Of a stretch of DNA of 59,355 nt, positions 36,371-45,888 are shown piece by piece (position 1 is the first letter of the stretch; each line of letters opens with the position of its first letter). The translations under genes were made by a program, and so were the position numbers. This stretch comes from Candidatus Altiarchaeota archaeon (lineage in GTDB: Archaea > Altiarchaeota > Altiarchaeia > IMC4 > SCGC-AAA252-I15): positions 1 through 59,355 of the forward strand of contig JBFYKH010000079.1 of the NCBI GenBank assembly GCA_041306075.1, in the 5' to 3' direction. Below the pieces are notes generated by a model. It searched no databases, was not told where the DNA came from, and worked only from the letters and a program-made list of their open reading frames with translations.

Positions 36371-37777
36371 TCAGCCTTTGACGACGCCCATCGGGACGAG
36401 CTTCGCTACGAGCCTTCCGAGGCCGGCGAGCTCGACGCTCCTGACGACTTCGGTCACGTCCTTGTAGGCGTCAGGCTGCTCCTCGGCGAGGACCTCGTAG
36501 CTTGCGGCCCTGATGACCTCCCCCTTGGCCTCAAGCCGCCTCTGGACGTCCTCTCCGCGGACGGACTGCTTCGCCTTGCTCCTGGACTGGATGCGCCCCG
36601 CCCCGTGGCATACGCTGCCGAAGGACTCTCTCATGGCCGCCTCCGTCCCCACGAGCACGTAAGATGCCGTGCCCATGTCGCCTGGGACGAGCACCGGCTG
36701 TCCGACGCCCCTCAACTCAGCCGGCACCTCGCGCCTGCCGGCCGCGAAAGCCCTCGTCGCGCCCTTCCGGTGGACGCATACCTCGGCGCCGCCGTGCTCC
36801 TCGAACTTGGCTATGTTGTGGCAGACGTCGTACACCATGTCGAGGCTCGAGCCCGGGAAGTGCCGCCTGAACGACTCCCTCACCCAGTGGGTGATGAACT
36901 GCCTGTTGGCGAACGCGTAGTTGACGGCGCAGTACATCGCCTTCACGTAGTCGGCGGCCTCCCTGCTCGCGATTGGAGCGCACGCGAGCTCCGGGTCCGG
37001 GAGCTTTATCCCGTACTTCCTCGACGCGCCGAGCATCACCTGTATGTAGTCGTCCGCGACCTGGTAGCCGAGGCCCCGGGAGCCGCAGTGCACCATCACG
37101 GTCACCTGCCCCGGCTCCCTGATGCCGAACGCGGCCGACGCCTCCGGGTCGTATATCTCATCAACCCTCGCCACCTCGAGGAAGTGGTTGCCGGAGCCGA
37201 GCGTCCCGAGCTGTGGCCGCCCCCGCTTCTTCGCCTTGTCGCTTATCGCCGACGGGTCAGCCCCCTTGATGGCGCCGTCCTCCTCGGTCCGGGCTAGGTC
37301 TGCCTCGAGGCCGAACCCCTTCTCCACGGCCCACCGTGCCCCGGAGACGCACACGTCCTCCAGCTCCCTGCCGCCGTACCGGAGCCTGCTTTCCGAGCCG
37401 AGCCCGGAGGGCACCTCCTCGAAGAGCGTGTCCGTTATCGCCCTCAGCTTCGGCCGCACGTCGTCCGCAGTCAGGTTCGAGGCCAGGAGGCGGACGCCGC
37501 AGTTGATGTCGTAGCCGACGCCGCCCGGGCTGATGACGCCTTTCTCCATGTCGAAGGCCGCGACTCCGCCGATGGGGAAGCCGTAGCCGTAGTGGCCGTC
37601 GGGCATCACGAGCGCCGGGGAAAGTATCCCGGGGAGCCTTGCGACGTTGCTTATCTGCCTGAACACCCCCTCCTCGATGGTCGGGTACAGTTTGTCAGAC
37701 GCTATTATCCTCGCCGGCACGTTCATCCCGTCCTCCCTGAACTCCCACACGCCCTCGCGCAACTTGACCGGCTTCAT
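36371..37777 (-). CDS. rtcB: tRNA-splicing/RNA repair ligase RtcB
   Basis: MPDGHYGYGFPIGG, GYDINCG, GSGNHF, HRKGAT, HGAGR, EEQPDAYKD; no intein. Confidence 0.96.
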   Translation of the reverse strand: MKPVKLREGVWEFREDGMNVPARIIASDKLYPTIEEGVFRQISNVARLPGILSPALVMPDGHYGYGFPIGGVAAFDMEKGVISPGGVGYDINCGVRLLASNLTADDVRPKLRAITDTLFEEVPSGLGSESRLRYGGRELEDVCVSGARWAVEKGFGLEADLARTEEDGAIKGADPSAISDKAKKRGRPQLGTLGSGNHFLEVARVDEIYDPEASAAFGIREPGQVTVMVHCGSRGLGYQVADDYIQVMLGASRKYGIKLPDPELACAPIASREAADYVKAMYCAVNYAFANRQFITHWVRESFRRHFPGSSLDMVYDVCHNIAKFEEHGGAEVCVHRKGATRAFAAGRREVPAELRGVGQPVLVPGDMGTASYVLVGTEAAMRESFGSVCHGAGRIQSRSKAKQSVRGEDVQRRLEAKGEVIRAASYEVLAEEQPDAYKDVTEVVRSVELAGLGRLVAKLVPMGVVKG

Positions 37778-37838
37778 GCGCAGGAGATATGGTAGAGCGG
37801 GTATTTAACCGGCCTTAGCAGCCGAGCGGAGGGATGCC

Positions 37839-38408
37839 CTAGGGTGGCAGCTTGCCTGAAAGGCGCTCCAGCTTCGCCTGGCCGGCGCGGTATTTCACCG
37901 ATGATTCGGCCGCCAGCTGGCGGACGTAGCCCTCGTCCGCGATAATCCTCCCCCCTGCCATGACGGGGGCGTCTATCCTCTCCGTGCTGACGACTTCGAC
38001 GAGTATGCGGCCCGCCTTCAGGGACTGTATCCCGGACCTCTTGAACCCCGACTCCCGGGCCCCCTGGAGGAATGCGGACGCCGCCTCGGAGGTCCGGGCC
38101 ATGACGTGGAGTATCGGCGGCTCGTACCTGAACCAGACGTTCCCTTCCGCAGGGCGGAGTGCCTCAAGGACTTCCTCCGCGCCGACGGTCCCGTGCCATT
38201 TCGCGATGAAGCGGTCCTCGCCCTTGCCTCCGAGGTCCTGCATGAGCGCTATGCGGCCGGAGCAGCTGGAGGTCGTGTAGTACTCCGCCTTCGAGTTTAT
38301 TGCATCCAGTAGGGGCTTCAGGTCCACGTCCAGGTCCCCTGCCCGCTCCGCCAATGCGAGGTCGTTGAGGGCCCTCCGCTTCTGTCCGTCGTACGCCTGC
38401 GAACCCAT
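37839..38408 (-). CDS. taw3: tRNA(Phe) wyosine methyltransferase Taw3/Tyw3
   Basis: YYTTSSCSGRI, PPILHV, SGFKRSG. Confidence 0.92.
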   Translation of the reverse strand: MGSQAYDGQKRRALNDLALAERAGDLDVDLKPLLDAINSKAEYYTTSSCSGRIALMQDLGGKGEDRFIAKWHGTVGAEEVLEALRPAEGNVWFRYEPPILHVMARTSEAASAFLQGARESGFKRSGIQSLKAGRILVEVVSTERIDAPVMAGGRIIADEGYVRQLAAESSVKYRAGQAKLERLSGKLPP

Positions 38409-38437
38409 GTTATATTATGCTCCGGCGTATATTTACC

Positions 38438-39307
38438 ATGGCTTCCGGGGAGGCTGAGGGCGGCGGATGGGCCCAGCTAGCGTTGAAGGCCGTCCTAGCG
38501 GCCGCGGCCGTCGTGTTCGTCCTCGCCGTCGTAGTGCCTAAAAATTCGACGGAATACCAGGTCCGCGGGATAAAGGTCGTGTCCGAAATCCCCATCGAAC
38601 GGTTCGAGAGGATGGACTACCTGGCTATGTCCAACGCGACCGCGACGCCCGCGGAGCTCACATGCAAGTTCGAGCTGTCTGCGATATCCCAGCCGGACCC
38701 CAGAGGCTACGTGGTGACGGTCGGCGAAGGGGACACCGGCGTATACCTGAAGGACAAGGGCGCGTCCATCAAAGGCGCCACGGAGGAGGAGCTCCTGAGG
38801 GCATGCCACGTCTTCGCCTGCCTCAGGGACGGCGTGGAATGCCCGGACTTCGACGAGGCCGAAGCGTACATCAACGGCTCCGGGTCGATGAGCCTCATAC
38901 TAGACGAGAGAATCGACGCCGCCGGAGGCCGCGGATACGCCGAGCTGATGGGCGCACTCAGCTTCCTCCAGGGCGTGAGGGCGGACGCCAACAGGGACGG
39001 GACAATCGACCAGCGCGAGATAGACGCCAACGAGTTCTTCATCTACCCCTGGTTCATGGTGAACGGCAGCTGCCAGCAGCAGCCGCTCAACAACCTCATA
39101 CAGAACTGGACGAGGCGCAACATCACGGCCGACTGCGCGAAGATAACGCCGGCGATAATGGTGGTCGCATCCAACACCTCGGCGATAAGGGTCGAAGACG
39201 GCAAGATCGTGGTCGCAGGCAACGGCGACGGCGCGCACACCGGGGCGATAGTGCTAAGGGACATCATAGCGCCGGCGTGGATTAGGCGGCTGTACGGCTT
39301 CAACTGA
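38438..39307 (+). CDS. Membrane-anchored exported protein with DxNxDG loop
   Basis: N-terminal TM; DANRDGTID Ca-binding-like loop; several Cys and sequons. Confidence 0.6.
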   Translation: MASGEAEGGGWAQLALKAVLAAAAVVFVLAVVVPKNSTEYQVRGIKVVSEIPIERFERMDYLAMSNATATPAELTCKFELSAISQPDPRGYVVTVGEGDTGVYLKDKGASIKGATEEELLRACHVFACLRDGVECPDFDEAEAYINGSGSMSLILDERIDAAGGRGYAELMGALSFLQGVRADANRDGTIDQREIDANEFFIYPWFMVNGSCQQQPLNNLIQNWTRRNITADCAKITPAIMVVASNTSAIRVEDGKIVVAGNGDGAHTGAIVLRDIIAPAWIRRLYGFN

Positions 39308-39314
39308 GGGGAGG

Positions 39315-40283
39315 ATGGGAGTCAACCTGAGGGACATAGTCCCGGAAAAGCGGATAGATTTCTCCGACCTGTCAGGGAAGACGCTGGCAGTCGACGCCCT
39401 CAACACAATATACCAGTTCCTGGCCTCCATCAGGCAGCCCGACGGCACGCCGCTCACCGACGCCAAAGGCAACGTCACATCCCACCTCTCCGGCCTCCTC
39501 TACCGGACCACGAACCTCATAAGGCTAGGTATAAGGCCCGTGTACGTGTTCGACGGGAAGCCGCCGGAGCTAAAGTACAGGACCCTGAAGGCGAGGGGGG
39601 AGAGGAAGAGGCATGCCCAGGAGGAATGGGAGCGCGCTAAGGCGGAGGGCAGGCTCGACGACGCCCTAAAGTACGCGAAGAGGACTTCCAGGCTGACGGA
39701 GGACATGCTCGCGGACTCAAGGAGACTCCTCGCACTCATGGGGGTCCCGGTGGTGCAGGCCCCGTCGGAGGGCGAGGCGCAGTGCGCCCGAATAGTATCA
39801 GGCGGCGACGCATGGGCCGTGGCCAGCCAGGACTACGACAGCCTCCTTTTCGGCGCCCCCAGGCTGGTGAGGGGTATGACGCTGAGCGGGAAGTTCGAGC
39901 TCGGCATGATAACCCTAGAGGACACCCTCAGGGAGCTCAACATATCACGGGAGGGGCTGATAGACGCCGCCATACTCGTCGGCACAGACTTCAACGAAGG
40001 CGTCCGCGGCATAGGACCGAAGAAGGCGCTGAAGGCAGTCCTCGCAGGGAAGGCCGCGGAGATACCCGTGGACTTCGACTTCGACGAGGTGAGGCGGGTG
40101 TTCCTCGAACACCCCTACACCGCAGACTACGACGTTGGAGGAGGAGCAGTCGACGCGGACGGCCTCACCGAACTCTTGTGCGCCGGCCACGGATTCAGCC
40201 AGGAGAGGGTCAGGAGGGCCTGCCTGGAGCTTGAGGCAGCGTACAGGTCCGCGAGCCAGAAGACGCTCACCGGCTGGTTCTAG
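39315..40283 (+). CDS. fen: Flap endonuclease 1
   Basis: DALNTIYQFL, VFDGKPP, APSEGEAQ, SQDYDSLLFG, GIGPKKA, PIP box QKTLTGWF. Confidence 0.96.
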   Translation: MGVNLRDIVPEKRIDFSDLSGKTLAVDALNTIYQFLASIRQPDGTPLTDAKGNVTSHLSGLLYRTTNLIRLGIRPVYVFDGKPPELKYRTLKARGERKRHAQEEWERAKAEGRLDDALKYAKRTSRLTEDMLADSRRLLALMGVPVVQAPSEGEAQCARIVSGGDAWAVASQDYDSLLFGAPRLVRGMTLSGKFELGMITLEDTLRELNISREGLIDAAILVGTDFNEGVRGIGPKKALKAVLAGKAAEIPVDFDFDEVRRVFLEHPYTADYDVGGGAVDADGLTELLCAGHGFSQERVRRACLELEAAYRSASQKTLTGWF

Positions 40284-40317
40284 GGTTTTTTAACCATGCA
40301 TCAGATAAGTTAACGAT

Positions 40318-40854
40318 ATGTTCAATCTCAGAGGATACTTCGGAGTCCTCAGCGACGCCCTGAAGAGCGAGAGGCTTGTTGTCCTCGCCCCGATAGTGTT
40401 CGTGAACTTCTTCGGCCTCGGCTACGTGCTCCACGGCGTCGTGTTCGGCTTCAAGGAGCTCGGGTACTCGCAGGTCATAATCTGCGTCACCATGAGCGTG
40501 CTCGTGTTCTTCGGCGAGTTCATATCCCTCCTCATACCCACGAAGGTGCTCGTGGACAGGAATATCGCGCCGCAGCTTCGGGGGGACAGGGAGATAATCA
40601 GGCTGACGTTCGACGAGCAGGAGCGGGAGGTCTTCAGGAGGATGAAGCTTGTCGCAAACAGCCTCACACTCATACTCACCGGCCTCGTGAACTATCTCCT
40701 GATATGCTTCTTCATAGTGCTCTGGCTCATGGGCGGGCAGAAGCCGCTGGACATATACTTCGTCGCGAACAGCCTGATACCGGTCTACATACTGTTCATA
40801 GCACTGAACTTCATAGCGGCCGGATACGACCTCTTGAGGGGCAAGGCGCAGTAG
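40318..40854 (+). CDS. Hypothetical 4-TM membrane protein
   Basis: Four hydrophobic segments; genome-typical codon usage. Confidence 0.6.
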   Translation: MFNLRGYFGVLSDALKSERLVVLAPIVFVNFFGLGYVLHGVVFGFKELGYSQVIICVTMSVLVFFGEFISLLIPTKVLVDRNIAPQLRGDREIIRLTFDEQEREVFRRMKLVANSLTLILTGLVNYLLICFFIVLWLMGGQKPLDIYFVANSLIPVYILFIALNFIAAGYDLLRGKAQ

Positions 40855-40857
40855 GAC

Positions 40858-42138
40858 TTAGGCCTTCTTCTGCCATTTCAGAAGGTGCGTCACCTTCCCG
40901 AGCGAGCCGCCGCCACGTATCTCCGAGCGTATCCTGTTCTCGCGCTCCAGGACATCCTGCGCCCGGTTCGCGACTTCCACCGCCTTCTCCTTCGGCACGA
41001 CGACCACGCCGTCGCCGTCGCACACCACCCAGTCGCCGGGCCTCACAGCGACATCGCCCACCTGTATCGGCACGTTGATTTCGCCGAGGCCCCTCGGCTC
41101 CCCTGCAGCGGGAGTCCTAAGGCGCGAGTACACCGGGAATTTGAGCTTCCGTATCTCGTCGGAGTCGCGGACCGCGCCGTCGACGACGACGGCTGCCAGC
41201 CGCCTCTTCAGCGCGCTCTCGGTCGCGAGCTCACCCCACACGGCAGGGCCGACGCCGCCAGAAGTTATAACCAGCACATCACCGGGTTCGGCGGCGTCTA
41301 TCGCCTCCACCGGCTTAGCCCAGTCGCCGGGAAAAGTCCGGACCGTGACCGCCGGCCCGCACGCCCTGCAGCCCGGCGCTATGGGGGCCAGCCCCGCCAG
41401 GCCGCCGCCCCTGTGCATCGCGTCGGAGACGTTCGCGGCCGACACCCCGGAGAGTACGCCCCTGACGTCGACGCTGCGCTTGTACAGAGTAGACTTGACC
41501 CTCCGCCCGGAGTCCGCCGCCTTACGTATCGCCCCTGCCGCGGCCTTCGCGTCGGCGGCCTTGGTCACCGCCCCGCCGACGATGAGTATCCCGGCGCCCG
41601 CCTTGATGGCATCGACCACCGATTCCGAGTTCAGCCCCCCCGCGGCAGCCACCGGTATGCCGACCGCTCGGGCGACCGCCTCCAACTTCGCGAACGGAGT
41701 CTTCGACTCCATCTGCTCGTCGATGGCGGTGTGGACCGCCACATAGTCGGCGCCCAGCCTTTCCGCGAGCCTGGACCGGCCGACGACATCCTCGACCCCT
41801 ATGAGGTCGACCATTATCTTCGCCCCATAGTTCCTCCCGGCGTCCACGCACTCCCTGATGGTGGCCTCGGACGCAGCCGCGCAGACGTCCACGACGTCCG
41901 CCCCGGCCTTCGCCGCCGCCTCCACCTCCAGGCGGCCGGCGTCCATAATCTTCATGTCGGCGACGATGACCTTCCCGGGGAACCTCCGCTTAAGCTCCCG
42001 GACCGCGTCCAATCCCTCGGCCTTGATGAGCGGCGTCCCGGCCTCAATCCAGTCCACGCTCCCCGAGGCCTCCGAGGCCGCCTTCAACGCCCTGTCCAGG
42101 TCTACGAAATCCAGGGCAAGCTGCACCACAGGCTTCAT
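40858..42138 (-). CDS. hps: 3-hexulose-6-phosphate synthase fused to RraA-like domain
   Basis: QLALD, IEAGTPLIK.EG, ADMKIMDAG, H..ID.Q; C-terminal GDWAKPVEAID, WGELAT, DGAVRD; start reset to ATG 42138. Confidence 0.9.
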   Translation of the reverse strand: MKPVVQLALDFVDLDRALKAASEASGSVDWIEAGTPLIKAEGLDAVRELKRRFPGKVIVADMKIMDAGRLEVEAAAKAGADVVDVCAAASEATIRECVDAGRNYGAKIMVDLIGVEDVVGRSRLAERLGADYVAVHTAIDEQMESKTPFAKLEAVARAVGIPVAAAGGLNSESVVDAIKAGAGILIVGGAVTKAADAKAAAGAIRKAADSGRRVKSTLYKRSVDVRGVLSGVSAANVSDAMHRGGGLAGLAPIAPGCRACGPAVTVRTFPGDWAKPVEAIDAAEPGDVLVITSGGVGPAVWGELATESALKRRLAAVVVDGAVRDSDEIRKLKFPVYSRLRTPAAGEPRGLGEINVPIQVGDVAVRPGDWVVCDGDGVVVVPKEKAVEVANRAQDVLERENRIRSEIRGGGSLGKVTHLLKWQKKA

Positions 42139-42229
42139 GACAGTATATTCTGACGCAAAGACCGCATATAAACGCCCTGCAGAAGGAGCTGCCGGCCATT
42201 GCACATATTTAGGGAAATCCTGCCAGTTC

Positions 42230-43750
42230 ATGTATATGGCACACCGCGGGCCGGTCTTTAAGCCGCCTACCGACAGGGTCACATTGGACCCGGTCTTCCC
42301 CGGCTACCCGAAGCAGCTTGACTTCTCGGTGCTTCCGGACGTGGATGCACAGTGGGCGAAATCCCTCGGCCACAAACAGAGGCTGATGGAACCGTTCACC
42401 CTGCTGCGGGTCTACGGCGGACACTACGGGGAGGGCATAAAGCCCGACGGAAAGAGGATTGCCGGAGGCCTTGAAATCCACCTGAAAGTCCTCAGCGAAC
42501 TCATGGCCGCCGACTACCCGGCCAAGATACACGTCCTCTGCAGGGCGTTGAAGGCCGATGAACAGGAATACCGGGTGAAGAAGGAGGGCTGGCTCGGAGA
42601 GGTCGTCGTCCACCCCGTCTTCGGGTTCGGAGCGAGCCCGAGGAAGGACGCGGCGCTCGCCGGTAGGCTAATCGGCGAACACGACGTCGACCTGGTCCAC
42701 ATGCACAACCCCAGCGGCCAGGCCGGTCTCGCAGTCGCCCTCATGGCCGAGGCCCTGGACACCGGATTGTCGGTCACATACCACAGCGTCAAACGGAACA
42801 TCACGTGGAGCAACAGGGCCGGCAGGTACGCCAAGCGCGCGGCCGAAGTGTTCAGGGAACACTACGAGGCCAAGGGGGCGGCCGGCATCCCCGGTTTCCT
42901 GCTTGAGCTCGCCCAAAAGGGCCTTATGAAGGCGGTGAGGGGAAGGGGGGTCAACCTCAGAACATACGACGCCGCCCTCCGCGGACGCAAGTCCCCCTAC
43001 GCCTCCGCCTCCCTCTGCGCGATATCCGAGGAAGCGGGCGCGGAGTACGCGGGCAGGGACCAGCTGATAGTCGGCAACCCCCTTGACACAGAATTCTTCA
43101 GCCCCGAGAAGGCGGATGCCGGAAGATGCGCCGAAATCGCCGCCGAACACGGCCTAGCCGGGAAGAAGCTGGTGGTATACCACGCGAGAATCGAGCCCGA
43201 CAAAGGCCAGGCGGACCTCGTGGAAGTCGCAAAGCGCCTGCGCACGAGGTTCGGGGACGGCTTCAAGGTGGCGGTGATGGGAACGGTCGGGAACAGAAAA
43301 TACGCGGAGAGCATGTCTAAGAACGCCGAGGAGGCCGGAGTGGGGGACAACATCATAGTCCTTCCCGCCCAGAGCCAGGGAGACATACGCGACTGGCTGC
43401 ACATGGCCGACGCGATGGCATTCCCAACATACTACGAGGCCTTCGGCAGAAGCGGAGCCGAAGCGCTCTGCATGGAGACCCCGGTCGTAGCCTACGACGT
43501 CGGGGGCATACACGCTTACGTCCGGGACGGCAAGACCGGCCGACTAGTCAAAAAAGGCGACACGCTCGCCATGGCAGAGGCCTTGGAGGAAATCCTGAAA
43601 AACGAAGAACTTGCGGCGTCGATGGGCAGACGCGGGCGAAAGCTGATCGAGGAGGACTACTCTGCGTGCAGGGTCTGCGACAACTACATCAGATACGTGT
43701 ACTCGCCCCAGCTTGCGGCAAGAAAGGACAGAGGCAAAAGAAGACGCTGA
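42230..43750 (+). CDS. Glycosyltransferase family 4
   Basis: GGLEIH, ARIEPDKG, FPTYYEAFG...AEAL, PVVAYDVGG; start reset to ATG 42230. Confidence 0.88.
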   Translation: MYMAHRGPVFKPPTDRVTLDPVFPGYPKQLDFSVLPDVDAQWAKSLGHKQRLMEPFTLLRVYGGHYGEGIKPDGKRIAGGLEIHLKVLSELMAADYPAKIHVLCRALKADEQEYRVKKEGWLGEVVVHPVFGFGASPRKDAALAGRLIGEHDVDLVHMHNPSGQAGLAVALMAEALDTGLSVTYHSVKRNITWSNRAGRYAKRAAEVFREHYEAKGAAGIPGFLLELAQKGLMKAVRGRGVNLRTYDAALRGRKSPYASASLCAISEEAGAEYAGRDQLIVGNPLDTEFFSPEKADAGRCAEIAAEHGLAGKKLVVYHARIEPDKGQADLVEVAKRLRTRFGDGFKVAVMGTVGNRKYAESMSKNAEEAGVGDNIIVLPAQSQGDIRDWLHMADAMAFPTYYEAFGRSGAEALCMETPVVAYDVGGIHAYVRDGKTGRLVKKGDTLAMAEALEEILKNEELAASMGRRGRKLIEEDYSACRVCDNYIRYVYSPQLAARKDRGKRRR

Positions 43751-43832
43751 AGGCCTTTTCGCCTGGCAGACACGACCCGTAAGCCAGCGCCCGACGACGA
43801 TATTTATTTGGGTTAAGCCGAAATAGTGAGGG

Positions 43833-44504
43833 ATGGACGTGTGCGTCGTCATCCCCACGAGGAACGAGGAGGCGACGATAGGCCGTGTCATAGACTCCGT
43901 CCGGGGACTGGGTTACCGCGTCGTCGTCGTCGACAGCCTACATTCCCGGGACGGCACCCGTGAAGTAGCGGCCGGCCGGGGCGTGGAGGTCATCGTGGAC
44001 AGCGGCCGCGGCAAGGGCGACGCGCTCCGGGCGGCCATCGAGCGGGTGGACGCCGACATCCTTGTGTTCTTCGACGCCGACGGCTCCCACCTCCCCGGGG
44101 ACATCCCGTCGGTCGTGAAGCCGATACTCGAGGGGGAGGAGGATATGGTGGTGGCCTCGAGGATGCTCGGAGGCAGCCTGGAGTTCGATGGCACGATGAC
44201 GGAGGCGGCAAGGGCAGTCGCGTGTCTTGCGATAACCCTCATCATAAACTACCGTTGGGGCGTGAGGCTGACCGACACCCAGAACGGGTTCAGGGCTTTG
44301 AAGGCAGACGTGGCCAGGAAACTTCGCCTGGAATCAGACAGGTTCGACTTAGAGTCCGAGCTGACCATGAAATGCGTCAAGAGCGGCTATAGGGTGGGGG
44401 AGACCCCGAGCAGGGAGGTGCGGCGGGTAAAGGGGTCTTCGGGCATCAAATTAGCGTCCGAGGGGCCCGTGATTCTATGGAGGGTGCTCAAGAACCTGGT
44501 GTGA
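43833..44504 (+). CDS. Glycosyltransferase family 2 (Dol-P-Man synthase-like)
   Basis: VVIPTRNE, GKGDAL, FDADGSH, ASR, DTQNGFRA. Confidence 0.9.
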   Translation: MDVCVVIPTRNEEATIGRVIDSVRGLGYRVVVVDSLHSRDGTREVAAGRGVEVIVDSGRGKGDALRAAIERVDADILVFFDADGSHLPGDIPSVVKPILEGEEDMVVASRMLGGSLEFDGTMTEAARAVACLAITLIINYRWGVRLTDTQNGFRALKADVARKLRLESDRFDLESELTMKCVKSGYRVGETPSREVRRVKGSSGIKLASEGPVILWRVLKNLV

Positions 44505-44505
44505 C

Positions 44506-45876
44506 ATGAAGGTTCTTTTACTTAACCCACCGGCGCACGGGAGGGGTTACAGCAGGGAGGGGAGGTGCCAGAGCGAGGCTGACGCGTGGCTCACACCGTT
44601 CCCGCCGACGACATTCGCGAGCATAGGCGGCTCCGTGAGGGAACGACACGGGCTTAGGATGCTCGACTGCATCGGCTCGGGAATGACGCTCAAGGAGTGC
44701 CTGCGGGAGGCTGAAGCCTACGGGCCGGAGTACGTCGTAGCAAACACGTCCACGCCGACCATCCGCTCCGACTTGGACGCCCTAAAGGCCGTGAAGGAGG
44801 CCACCGGCGCCAGGACGATAATCTACGGCGAATACGCTACCGTGTTCCACGAGGAGATACTGGGGGGACACCCATGCGTCGACTACGTGGTCCGCTCGGA
44901 GCCCGAAACGCCGGTGATGAGAATCCTCGACGGCGAACCTAGGTCGCAAGGGGTTTCGATGAGGGGGTGGGACGGAGGCCTCTGGAACGAGCCGGACCTG
45001 GACAGGCTCCCGTTCCCCGCGTACGACCTCCTGCCAGAGTACAGGTTCCCGCTGACCGGCGAGCGCTGGATGTTCGTCCGCTCAGGGAGGGGCTGCCCCC
45101 ACCGCTGCATCTACTGCGTTATGCCATACCTCGGTGGGAGGCCCCGCTTCCATTCCGCACAGTACATGGTCGGGCAGCTGAAATGGCTGTCCAGAAGCCT
45201 GGGGATAAGTGTTTGGATGCTCTGGGACGAGCTCGCCACGCTGGACGCACAGAGGATGAGGAGCCTGTGCGACGGCCTGGTCTCGCATGGCCTGAGCCTG
45301 GACTGCAGGTGGTACTGCACGACCCGGGTGGACAGGTTCAACCCTGACCTCGCAGCCAGGATGCACGAGGCCGGCTGCAGGATGGTCTCGTTCGGCATAG
45401 AGTCGGGAAGCCAGGCCGTGCTGGACAAAACCGGGAAGGGCATATCCCTAAGCCAGTCCAAATCCGCTGTCGAGGCTGCGAGGAAGGCGGGATTGAGGAC
45501 TATCGGGCACTTTATAATCGGGCTGCCGGGCGAGACGGAGGAGACCGCCAGGAAGACTGTGGAGTTCGCGAAGACGCTCGGGCTGACCTTCGCGCAGTTC
45601 TACACGGCAACGCCGTTCCCGGCAAGCGAATTCTACGGGATGGCCTTGAGGAACGGATGGTTCAAGGGCGACTGGGACAGTGTGCATCAGGGCGGCGCGG
45701 CCCTTTCCTATCCCGGCTTCCCGGCCGAACGCATCATGCACTGGCGCCGGAGAGCCTACCGCGAGTTCTACCTGCGGCCCCGGCCGCTGATTGAAGCCGC
45801 CGGGATGCTGTCCTGGAGGGGGGCGTTCAGCCTGCCGTTCAACGCCCTGAAGTTCATTGCCTGGGCTAGCAGGTGA
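44506..45876 (+). CDS. B12-binding domain radical SAM protein
   Basis: N-terminal cobalamin-binding-like domain; RGCPHRCIYC; FGIESGSQ; FIIGLPGET. Confidence 0.9.
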   Translation: MKVLLLNPPAHGRGYSREGRCQSEADAWLTPFPPTTFASIGGSVRERHGLRMLDCIGSGMTLKECLREAEAYGPEYVVANTSTPTIRSDLDALKAVKEATGARTIIYGEYATVFHEEILGGHPCVDYVVRSEPETPVMRILDGEPRSQGVSMRGWDGGLWNEPDLDRLPFPAYDLLPEYRFPLTGERWMFVRSGRGCPHRCIYCVMPYLGGRPRFHSAQYMVGQLKWLSRSLGISVWMLWDELATLDAQRMRSLCDGLVSHGLSLDCRWYCTTRVDRFNPDLAARMHEAGCRMVSFGIESGSQAVLDKTGKGISLSQSKSAVEAARKAGLRTIGHFIIGLPGETEETARKTVEFAKTLGLTFAQFYTATPFPASEFYGMALRNGWFKGDWDSVHQGGAALSYPGFPAERIMHWRRRAYREFYLRPRPLIEAAGMLSWRGAFSLPFNALKFIAWASR

Positions 45877-45888
45877 ATTCCCGCATAG

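Noticed and set aside
40858-42138. HPS-RraA fusion as a novelty
   Set aside because: This fusion is already known from methanogens and other archaea.
41858-42282. Long 5' extensions giving a head-to-head overlap of hps and the GT4 gene
   Set aside because: Conserved domains start at 42138 (minus) and ~42230 (plus), with an AT-richer divergent promoter gap between.
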